A stretch of DNA of 63,894 nucleotides, filler included, from Perkinsus olseni (taxonomy: Eukaryota), in NCBI GenBank assembly GCA_013115125.1. It is 10 parts of 10 records of this genome, joined end to end, with 100 filler letters (N's around TTAATTAATTAA, not from the genome) between each part and the next. Parts side by side here need not be neighbours in the genome. Positions count along the whole stretch, not along the records: positions 8,807 to 40,800 come from JABANN010000406.1; 9 more parts are not named here. One strand, given 5' to 3'. A model generated the notes under the pieces. It was not told where the DNA came from and searched no databases. It was given only the letters and a program-made list of their open reading frames with translations. Made by a program: the position numbers and the translations under genes. The stretch's first letter is position 1. Each line of letters begins with the position of its first letter. Positions 24,401-35,410 of the stretch are shown here, one piece after another.

Positions 24401-27400
24401 AGGAGCTGAGGGAAAACGACTCCGAACGGATGATGGAGACCATATACGCTTGATAGCGAGGAAGTCCTCATACGTGAAATCCCAGCCTCTCGTCTGGCAC
24501 CTAGCGTTACTCTGCTAACAGAGCTCGTGTGGTGAATCGATCAGCCGGGGAAGAAGGCACTCCCACCAAGCGGCCCTCGTCGTTGAGGTCGATTCCCACA
24601 CACTAAGGCGCTTCCATCAACCTCATCTTGCACTACCACTCAATCAAGTTCGCCACTTTCCCTGCCCCCGAGCTCCCGTCTGTGGTCGTTGCGACTATGG
24701 CGGTATCATTATCACCCAGCCCCCCGGGCCTCCTAGCGAACACCCAGCTCGGCTGGCAGTGAGAAGGAACACTAGATGTCTTTCGACGGGTCCGACGAAT
24801 TGAGCGATGCCTCCAGTCCACTCGCGCCCATCAGAGGTGGCCAGCAGAAGGGCTCATGCCTCTGTAGACGCGCCCATCGGAATACTCATCATAATCATCA
24901 TCATCATTCAACCCTCGTATTATGGCCGATAGCTGCCCACCAGTTGATGCCGCTCATCCGACTTGATATTAAATCCCGGGTAGTAGACCTTATCGACTCT
25001 GTTCGCTACTATGGCGTGTACTTGAGGTACCTGACAACAGCAGCATCACAGTGGATGGCCGAGGAGGCGAGGGTAATCAACAACAACAACAACAACGGCA
25101 TAGCCCGGAAAGAAGCTTCAGAAAGCACCCCAACGTGGCGAACCTTTCCTTAATGAGGCGACTAGCAAGAGATCCTATCTCATAATCCACAATAGTCCAC
25201 AACAAGCACGCGCTGCGTCGGAGATATCTATCTTGCGCAATGTGGAAGGATGATGGCCTTTAATGACCGAGTATTGCGTAATTTCTGCGTTTGAGTCGTC
25301 TCCCACAGCGGAAGGGACAGCGCCTAACCTCAACACTCACCCGCTTCAAAGCGTCCACTAAGGGCCGCAGCCTCCCCTCATCGAGCTCCATTGTGAGGAG
25401 TAAGTTCACTAACATGTGTCGTCTACCGTGCATATCCTTTCCAGTGTGGAAGTTGACCCCCATCAAGTTGCCGCGATGTCTCCAAAAATCATAACTGACC
25501 GCCACAACCCTCCCACCGCCTTCCCTCGGTAGCCGCTCTTCCACTTACGCGCTGTAATATTCCCGATCTACTGCGTACTGTTCGGCGAGCACTTCCATGA
25601 TAACCCTCTCTGCTTCGGATGCCGGTGGCTCCTTACGAGGGCACCGCCCACCCGTGGCGATACTGAGCAGCAAAGCCACGTGGGAATTGTACCTCTGCCA
25701 TTCTTTCGAGTTCTTTGGTAATCAGAGAGAGCGTCTTCCTTTGACAATCTTGTGGAAGCGGTCCACTTTAGCGTGAACGATGGACCACTTCGATTCGCTA
25801 CTCACGACCATCACTGACGAGAGCTCTCCGAGGCTGTGCCGAGCCATTCTTAGCGAGTCGTTCCAGCGGCCCTTCATTATTGAGCCGTCAGAAGATGCCG
25901 TGTCGCTGCTGCTGCGGTCTTCAGAACGACTACGCCCGTCGTCTCACATCTCCCTCCTCTCCCCGGGGGCGTTGGCCTTCCTCGCATAATGGCCGATGAT
26001 CGGAGGGTCCCACTTGTCCGGCGAGTGCATGATCTGTGAATCTGACGATGCTCGACTGCAGCTGCCTCGCGAATGAGGGAGGACCCCTACAGGTCCGATG
26101 CTCCTTGAAAGGTTCGAGGCCGCTGGCGACGATCGGTATCAGTCTGTCGTTGTCCTGCTTGCTTTCGAACTCGTGCGGAATAATCTCCGATAGCAATTTC
26201 CGCTTCCACAGGAGTTGCCTGAAGGCACGCATCTTCGCAACCTCTTCCGCGAAAGACATGGACCGACCTTTGATACTGCAGATGGGGTATTTGACAGCCA
26301 CTGCAACTGAGCTCATCGTGACGCTTATCGAAGAGCGCACACACCTATCATCGACGAGTAGCTACGATCTCACAGCCAGCATGAGACAATAAAACTGTGT
26401 GTTCACTAGCTTCACCGTCCTAAAGTGCCGCCATCAACCCAACACTCCCACTCGACGTGCTCTCCCATCAACTACGAGCTGCCACAGCCCAGCTATGTTC
26501 TCCTACTACCACTACTACTATATTCCCTACACCGAGACAGCGGAGCCATGACAGGGACAACGACTTGCTGCTCTTCGGGTAGCTCATACGATTACCACCA
26601 GGTAACTCACAACCAGGACGAAACGATTGAACTGTGTGTCAACTAGCTTCACCAAACTAGCGTCCCGTCATTATCTCCGGATCTCTCCATTTCTACTCAT
26701 GTTTCTATCTCATTAAAAATTTCCTCGATCTACCCGAATTCAGCTCTACCACTCCATTCGCAACACCGAGACAGCGCATCTGTCGCCGGAAGACCGACCT
26801 GTTCTTCGGGTAGTTCATACGGCGAGTCCTTGTGATAGTCCAGTATTTCTGTACTGTTCATCCAGAGGGTCGGCGAACCTGTCAGAGATGCTTGGGCTGC
26901 TGCTAATCGACAGCTGGAGGTGGGGAGAAGCCCCCGACGGGAGTGGTGAAAAGCGTGGAACTACTACACAACGGTCGTCGGCAAATCATTTTGACCCATA
27001 AGAAACCTCTTCCAATGAGACAGTCGGACTGTCACAGTCCGAATCGCCGATTGTCAGACCACAGGAGAAGAGAACTGTGAGTGACTGGAAGCGTTGCCCT
27101 AGGGACTGGGTATCGGCAATGATTCGCTGCTGTTGTCACTCGGCCTCTCCCGATGACCCCCACTGATAAAAGCGAGCAACCATGCAAGAAGAAGGAGACA
27201 GTATCGGTACGTCATATCCTAGGTCGAAGCGTGCATGATGCAGGGTTCGAAGATACCACTCACCGAAGCTGCCAGGCTCAACAGCGTAGTTCCTCCTCGC
27301 GAAGACATGCACGAAGACTTCATTGTACTTCTTCCCGTTGCCACGCACCTGCCACCATAACAGCGGCGATGCCTCGCCGCGGCGCCTTCTGAGCAATCCA

Positions 27401-27988
27401 CGCAAGGCCGAAGCAGAGGTGGCGATACAAGAGATCTGTCGGGTTTGCCAGGATACGGGTCTTTACTCCTACGCCAGGTCTAGCACTACGCTGGGCAACA
27501 TCATCGACACAACGGCCGAGTCATGAAGTCAGCCTCGTATGAGAAAACTATGGGTAGCGAGACCAACTTTAGAAAGCAAACTCTGAAAGACTCGATAACC
27601 TGTCGGAGGTGACTGGCTGTGAGCGCTACGACGAAACCAAAAGAAGCATCGACATAGACGCCCCCTTCCCCTTCCCTCACCCCGCCGATCTTCACAGTGA
27701 CCGTCTCGCCTGGGAGAGCACCCGGCACGACTAGCTCGGTATCGTTGAACGAGCATCCTCGGAACCTGTTCCACTCCAGAGTAGTTCTGCCGTTTCCTGA
27801 CGAGGTCGATGATACGCGAAGCCACCGGCCGGCTGCAGCGTACCATCAGCATCGAGCCTTTCGATAGGGATGTTCTCAATAAGCTCCCCTCTCTTAACTC
27901 GACCCCGCACTCTGAAGGATCTGCCGCATACCAGGGCAAAGGATACGCCAGGGAGATGCTGGACGGCAGCAGCTCTTCGGACGATCAT
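21416..27988 (-). CDS. RlmD/TrmA-like (RNA m5U methyltransferase fold) protein with TRAM domain and degenerate catalytic motifs; many exons
   Basis: Colinear motifs: IERLDADGNG..VVPGALPGETV (TRAM), QLLWKRKLL, DVLWPN, VWDLWAGNG (SAM motif I), LKENLKLN, PDVVVISFPP, KRVVAVFTDPKGLSKDV, LGY..IDAQPGTMEVVVIV. Internal exon structure only partly resolved. Confidence 0.7.
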
Positions 27989-28518
27989 GGACTTGAGGTG
28001 GATATACTGTAAGTGGGTGTCGGGTATTCAGTTGAGAGGGGAGTACTGTAACAGCGGACGAGAGAGGGGAGGGGACTCAAGACGTCTGGTATCGGGTCCA
28101 CGAGTCCCTAGAACGAGTGAATCGATCCACGGGCTGTCCAATCGGGAGGCGAAATATCTATGACCTAGAGGGCTGCTGAACGGAAACACCAACAGCTGTT
28201 GGAGGACAGAGCGGCCCCGAGGTGGAGAACAAGAGTGGATGTACTATGACTCATCAGCGGCTTCCGAGGCTCGAGGGAACGACCATGAACGAAGGAAGGG
28301 ATCGCTGTCCCTAACAGGTTCCGGGATAAACCCCCGGTCCGACCTACACCCTGCATGCCGGTCATCTGACGTTAGGCGATGGTGATACCGTTATCTTATC
28401 CACCACGAGTAGGTCCATTACGAACGGTCCACCCGAATCAAGGACAGAAAAGTTATGAACTCCTCTGCTCTCCACCCCCGTACAACTTCACAACACAACA
28501 GAATCGTCGAGCAAACCT

Positions 28519-29649
28519 TCACTCTTCCGTGCACTCAACTTCCACAATACTCTTAGTAACGTCATCAGCAACAAACATCCGACCGCTGTGCTTATCAACA
28601 GCAATGTCAAGGGGTATAACACCACCCATCCTCTCTACCGGAGTCGCCTCAGTCGCGTCCAGATCGAGCTCACAGAGGGTGTTGTCCGGGAGCATGCCAA
28701 AGTAAGCCCGAGGTCCCCGACCAGCGCCGAACCGTCGACTGGTGTCAACTTCCACAGAAATCGGCTCGCCTCGCATTCGGCCAGTCAAATCCTCACCAAC
28801 AGGATCGTCACCGCGCCACAAAATTATCCTCTTGTTGTCAGTGTCAGCCACAACGATGCACTCCCGCCCCTCTTTATCGGTGAAAACGTCGAAGTCCTCC
28901 GGGAGAGACAACCGCAGTACAAACTCGCCGATCTTCGATCGATACATCGATCGCACTGAGAGCAACCGCAGCTCCTTGCCGACCCGCCGGGTGCAGAGGA
29001 GGGAAGAATTCTCGTGATCTAAGACGTAAATAAAACCCGTCTTAGAGGAGTACTTGATGGCTGGAATGCAGTATCCAAGGTTAAGCCTGGTAGTGTCCAA
29101 AACTTGTGTGCTGCAAGGGTCGACCAAAGATACGGCGATGATCCTCTCCCTTTGTTCTTTCTCTGTGACCCCCCGAGGATGTGTTATCAGAACTTCGTTA
29201 AGGCTCTGGTCTATACAGATGGAAAAGCACATTGTGGTCAACTTGCTGATAAGTCGACTCTCTCGCCACTCCTCTATGGTACTCGTTGCGACCTCACTCG
29301 TATCTTCCCCGCTCAACCTTCGGATACGCGTCACGTGAACCTCACCACAATCCGGGACCTTCAGCGGCACCTCTCGAATTTCCAACCGCACCGAGTCCAC
29401 TATGATAAGATGCTGGGAATCTTTCGTAACGCACACGGAAGAATCCAGATCCTGAACGCAGCCCTTGGCCCACGTCCGAGCGATGCAATGACGACCGGGC
29501 GAGACTTTGCAGTACTGCAGAATGGAGAGAGCGTACGGCGTTCGGTCCAGCAATCGATGGCTCGAGTCCTGGAAGGGCCGCCACAACGATATCGCTGCCA
29601 GGTTAACACAGGCACGCTCCTGTAGAGGTGATGATGTTACTAGGGCCAT
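28519..29649 (-). CDS. NHL-repeat/beta-propeller protein, intronless
   Basis: 376-aa ORF with IYVLDHENS, PEDFDV..IVVADTDNKRI, PLDIAVD..MFVADD. Confidence 0.7.
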   Translation of the reverse strand: MALVTSSPLQERACVNLAAISLWRPFQDSSHRLLDRTPYALSILQYCKVSPGRHCIARTWAKGCVQDLDSSVCVTKDSQHLIIVDSVRLEIREVPLKVPDCGEVHVTRIRRLSGEDTSEVATSTIEEWRESRLISKLTTMCFSICIDQSLNEVLITHPRGVTEKEQRERIIAVSLVDPCSTQVLDTTRLNLGYCIPAIKYSSKTGFIYVLDHENSSLLCTRRVGKELRLLSVRSMYRSKIGEFVLRLSLPEDFDVFTDKEGRECIVVADTDNKRIILWRGDDPVGEDLTGRMRGEPISVEVDTSRRFGAGRGPRAYFGMLPDNTLCELDLDATEATPVERMGGVIPLDIAVDKHSGRMFVADDVTKSIVEVECTEE

Positions 29650-30699
29650 TAGAAACTACTAAAAATGCAAATCATGCAACGGTTTTCGAGCGAACCGAAG
29701 CATCAAGAGCTCAACTTCTGATATCGATTGAAACTGGTTAAAAATGACAAATGGACTGGTCACTCTAATATTAACATGCGTTCAAGATCCGAACCTGAGG
29801 GAAAATCTCGCGGATTTGACCGCGCGCCACGAAAATACCTTCGACGTCCGTCGAGCGTCGCTGGAGTCTCAGCGAGTGACGATACTGGCAGACTACCAGA
29901 AAACTCCAAACGATCTGAAAAGCGCAAAAAATGACGACGACCGAGGAGGGAAAGTACTCACCCAAAGCATGTACATGTCCACGAGAAGCCACACGACGGA
30001 AAATATAGCGCTCGAACTCAACTCCAGACCGGAACCTGATGACGGGCGATGAGGGAAAGGAGTGGTACGGGCGACCTACAGCAGACCGTCCAGTCGCCAC
30101 CGAAAGTGTTGAGTCCTAGCGCTAGAGGGGCGAGGACTACTCGTAACTGAAGTTAGTGATGATGACCGGGGATCGGGAATGTTGGGGCGCGCTCCGTTCC
30201 CCAGTGGATTTAGGAGTTTTCAGAGTCTGACCACGACGAAGGCCCCTGGCCCAGCTCATCACTCTAGCAGCAGGACACACCGATGTTAGTCCGACCAAGC
30301 CGGATTTCGGCGTTGGACTTGAAACTCACCTACGCACGAAGCCCCCTAAGCCTTCATTCCAGCTTTACTTGAAGGTAATTTGAGGAAGCAGATTCCTCTC
30401 CCGGACTCAAGGATACGATATTAAACCAGATCAACGGGCCGCACTCAGGCGGCACAGAGTGGTGATGAGAAATTACCAGGGACCCCTCAGCAACTGAAGA
30501 TTTTGGAGTCAACGGGGGCACAAAATGCGCTCACAAGTGACAAAGCCAATTTTCTCGCGGTTTTTTCGAGGCACCGAGTCTGACTGCATGAGTTTGCCAT
30601 CAGCATCAGCAGCCTCAGATGGACCCTCCCTTCAGAGCCGTTGCACAGTTGAAAACACATCCCTCCAGCGAGTGGCATCCCCCTATTATTACACTATAA

Positions 30700-31348
30700 A
30701 GTAAGCCTTTGATGGAGGCATGGACCCGTAACAGTGAGCAGCCCAAGGTGGACTTACGCCGCCGATAGCCGCTCAGACCCAGTATCACCTGCGAGGGTCA
30801 GGAGATGATGATGAGACCACGACTTCGAGGACGATCTCTTTTCTATTCCTCTCAATAACGCGAACTAATAAGCCCTCAGAATCCACAAAAACCGCGCAGT
30901 GATTTTGGCAGCGGTGATGATCACTATCGAGGTCCCACACGAGCATGCAGCGAATGGTCTATTCTAGAATGACCCTAACTCGATGGTTCCCGCTATTACC
31001 ACTCCTGTCATTAGAACGACATATCCTATGCTCTGGTGGAGGTAGGGTTTGGTGACGATGCCCGGCACTCCGCCAATGGCCCAGCTGGCTACGAGTATTA
31101 TGGCAAAGACGTCCGCGACGAGGGAGATGAGATACTGAAAATACGATACCAAATTTCCCCCAAATCCCACGGCTATGCAGCGACTCGCTGCCAGCGAGCA
31201 AACCAGTGGACGAGAGCCCACGGACAGGTACAAACACCTCGGTGGACCGAAGGGACAAAACGTTGAAGAAGCACTTCTGACCACCTCTCTCGGACTGCAT
31301 AGCAGACGATTCGTCACCAAAAAGCAGACTCATCATCAATTTCTTCAT
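30700..31348 (-). CDS. Hypothetical spliced membrane protein (extent uncertain)
   Basis: Hydrophobic segments (YLISLVADVFAIILVASWAIGG; IGYVVLMTGVVIAG) bounded by plausible splice sites. Confidence 0.3.
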
Positions 31349-32738
31349 GCCAGCCGTCGCCAGCGACTTTGACGGCTCGAATCACGAATCGCGAGGCTGA
31401 CCGAGGGCCTCCCTCAGGCGATCCGATGACCCGTACATGCGGAATGGTATGCCCTCTAGTATTCCGTGGTTGAATGCAAGCAGGCAGCAGTCCTTATTGT
31501 CGTATTGAAGGATAATAACGAATGGTGTGGTACTAAAATCAGCACTACTACCCCTTTCCGTAATGATATCCCCGATATAAAATATGGTGCCAGGGTGATG
31601 TACATGGCATCACACTGACAGAGTCTACTGAGGGTACGGCCGCCACCAAAGCAAGGGAAGAAGAATCTGAAGGAAGAAGTTACTGCCAAGAGCAACGAGC
31701 CATTGAAAGAGACCGAGTCGCTCGATCGTGGTGGTGCAGCTTTCTTAAAGAAACCTGTTTCCCGCTGCAGCCTACGGGCTCCAATGGCATAGTGGATGGC
31801 GCCACTAGGTCCCGTACGAAAGGGAGGCTACTATGCCACATGCAAAAATGAGGATACGAGAACGGTGGTCGAGCAGACTAAGCACTGAGCCTGTATCTGA
31901 GCGCTGCATCGAGGCCGAGTGGCCCCATTTTTGCATGTTCCATAGTCCTCGCTCTCACTTACGGTAGCCCGCCTAGCGACGCATCGACAGTCGACTTGTA
32001 CGAGTTCAGTTGAGTTCCCCGGACGACTAAAGAGGACGTCGACGGGCATCCTTCGCTCCTTCAAATCCGTATTGTCCCCGCCCAACGGCCCTTTGAGTGT
32101 ACGTGCAACCAGAATGTCCGGCGTTATCGATTTGGACACCCAGCTACGCTCTTACGACAGAACCTCTTAAGGGGGCGCTCATCCGACGACCAGGAAAGTC
32201 GCCACTCAGAACGCCAACTGTAGCTGTGAAACCTACTCACCTTCGGACCGAAGAGGTGTAGTGACACTGACGGTCTCGGAACTACGACGACGACGTTGCG
32301 TGTCGAGTAAGCAGTGGCTGCCCACTCCGCATAGCGATGCAACGTATGAGATTTTATCTGGGCATGTTCAATTCTGAGACCCGGAATCGATTCTGGAAAC
32401 GCATTCTACGCGTAGAGATCAATTCCCAAATCGATTCTGAGTTTCGCGTTGATCGATGAGGAGCTGTGTCCGTAACCTTCCCAACTTCGCCCCGCTCCTG
32501 GACTCACCCCAGCAGGACTCCTCTAGGTCTCCTCGATGCTTGCGTGGCTGCTGGCATCATATATGGCACTGAAATACTTATGCTTCGATAAGAGGCTACG
32601 CTAGTTGACGCTAAATCGTTGATGATGCAAAGGTAGCGATAGGTCGAAGATCGAATCTCAGACGGCTAAGGCCGTCCGGGCGTTGCGTTCTCGATAAGCA
32701 GCTTGAGAAGAGCGGACACCTAACCTCACCTAACCTGT

Positions 32739-32857
32739 TCCGATGAGAAGCTACGCTGGAGCTAAGTGGCGGATGACAGTGAGACAATCAATGGAAAATT
32801 GGATCCCAGACGACTACGCCCGGGTGTTGCGTTCTCAATCTGCCGGTCTCCTCACAG
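32739..32857. repeat. Dispersed ~120-bp repeat, copy 2
   Basis: Homologous to 12981-13099. Confidence 0.75.
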
Positions 32858-33250
32858 TACCACTCCATACCCAACTCGTGTCCAACACGAGGAGGCACGG
32901 ACGGACGATCATCAAAATGATACAGACTGGGCCAAACACTAAGTATCTTTCCTTAACTCTCCCTGTGCAACGCTGAACGAGAAATTTTCACCAGTGAGAG
33001 AACTTTCTTTACAGGTGTAACGTTTATCAATGGCCTTAACCAGCCAAGCAGACAGACGAACAAAGCACAGGCTACCAATCAAAAGTAAGTAGTGTAGACA
33101 TGCTTGCCTACTACGGTGCGCAAGACAAAAGGTTTCCGCCCTGAGAGAGAACTTAGTTCAAATAGTAAACATCGAAGCCGCACGCGCAATTTTCGGGCGT
33201 GCGCTTTATGCAATCAAATCCTTTCCGGTGAGCATGCGTACTGTTAACGG

Positions 33251-35153
33251 ATGAAGGTTGCAACCCTTCTTAACGCAGTTTGTTTATCCGTTGGGTTTCA
33301 CCCGGCCTCCCCCTCCTCGATGCATGCTGACGCTGCCAGCGCTGTTATGCCCACCCGTACTGGTGAAGGCATGAAGACTAGCGTTTACCCCTTCGCGAGT
33401 CGATCCACTATGGCCGGCGAGTCCAGTCAGGACGACCTATCTATTTTGTCGCTGTAAGCTCGCCAATGCTCCTCCAAGCTCCCATGCCTCGTCTGTCAGG
33501 TCTCCCCGTAGTAGTGTTGTCACCAAGCCCAAGACCCCCAAGAGAGTCGAGCACGCTTTACACAGTCACGTTCTCAACGCCCACGGGGTCTCTTGGGAGG
33601 ACCTCACGGCTGACAGCTCTCAAGGGCAGACGCTCAGAGAGTCGCTCCTCGCCGGCACCTGCATCGTTTTCTTCAACGCTGGTTACCAAGGCAAGAGGTT
33701 CATCTACGAGAAGGCGCAGGAACTGGGCGTGAAGGCCGTCATCATCGATTCGCCCTGCTCCTGGGCGGCCAGCCTCGCCTCTGAGGGTGTCATAAGTCAC
33801 TTCATCGGTCTGGACATGAGCCAGGACGCCGACGCCATTTTTGAAGCGAGCATTGAAGCGCTTCGGAACTTCGAGATCACCACGGGGATTGCCATTGACG
33901 GTATCTGTACGGTTATCGAGCTGGCTGTTCCCATGGTGGCTCGCCTTACTGAAGCACTCGGCTTGCCTGGCCCCGGCCTGCATGTCGTGGAGGCTGCTAG
34001 AGATAAGTACAAGACTAGGGAAGCCCTGGAGAAGCACGGCCTACCGAGGACTACAGTAGGGACGGTTGCTCGATGTGAATCTTAGGTCGAAGCGTGGTCT
34101 TCTCAGCACGTTTTGATATCCTCGGAGGAGGAAATAGAGGCCGCTGCTGCTGTTGTTGGATATCCAGCAGTCATGAAACCTGTTTCCGGAGCCGCTTCTC
34201 TGGGCGTCAAGAAGGTGAGTGTGTGGCCTTCCACGTTCGGCGACCGTCCAACCCACCCTCAGGTAAACTCTCACGAAGAGCTTTTTTCGGTATACCGCGA
34301 GACACAGCAGCTCCTGAGTGAGCTGGTAGTCAGTTCTGGTGCGCTTGAAAGGAGGAATGAGCACAGCGACACGGTGAGGTTGGATCCCTCCGTACGATTG
34401 ATACTGTTGGTTGCTCAGGACGCTGTTGCTGCTTCCGGTCGCATCTCTACCGTGGTCATGCTTGAGGAGTATCTTGACGGTCAGGAGGTTGATGTTGATG
34501 TCGTGCTGAGTCCTGGTCTGGGCTGCACATTCGCCGCTGTTACCGACAACGCTCCCACTAAAGAGCCCTATTTTTCCGAGACCTGGGGTGTCCTCCCGAG
34601 CGCCCTTCCTCGTGATCGCTGCGACGAGCTGGTGGACCTCGCCGTCAGCTCTGTGAAGGCCTTAGGGTTCGACTCGGGTGTCTTCCACGTCGAAGCCAAG
34701 TACACTTCTCGTGGCCCTCGTCTAATAGAAGTGAACGCCCGTATGGGAGGCGGGCCAGTCCATCTGTGTCACAAAGTCACCAGTGGTGTCGAGCTGAGCG
34801 TCGAAGTCATGCTCCTGGCGGTTGGTTTGCCCTCGCGCCCTTACCAAAGGAGCCTTTCGGTGATTGGGTTTGGCAACATCAACTCGCCTAAGAGCGGCAC
34901 GCTGTACAACTTCGATTTTTTGGACAAGTGGCAGAGCGTGGACGGCTGTGAAATGAAGTATTGTATCCCGATGGTCTCGCCTGGCGACCATATCGTCGGC
35001 CCGGAGGAGGGACAACCTTGCTGGGTGGTCGATTTTATGTTTGCCTGCGATTGTCCTGCCAAAGCTGCCGAGATCAGCCAATTGTTGGACGAGCAGCTGA
35101 CGGAGGAAGTCGCCCGCCAGATCGATCTTCAACAGAATCATTGTCATCTATGA
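33251..35153 (+). CDS. ATP-grasp ligase, carnosine-synthase/L-amino-acid-ligase-like (spliced; start uncertain)
   Basis: AGYQGKRFIYE, ARDKYKTREAL, YPAVMKPVSGAASLGVKKV, LEEYLDGQEVDVD, GVFHVE, LIEVNARMGGG. Confidence 0.85.
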
Positions 35154-35410
35154 TCGCTCCCGTTACGTCTTTGCCGCTCAGAGGAGATTTTATCGGCGTC
35201 GACGTGAATGGAGCGATTAAATTTTCCCAGACATCAACTGTCGTTATATGTATGCATTCGCCATCAGTTTGTCTCATCATCGAAGTCTTCGCACGGAAGG
35301 TTCTGAGACTGGCTGCAGAGAGTCCGCCGTTCTTCTTTATGGAGGGCGCGGATCTTAGGTTGAATCGAGTTGAGTTGAAGTTGTAAGATACGTCGGATTA
35401 CTTTTTGTAG

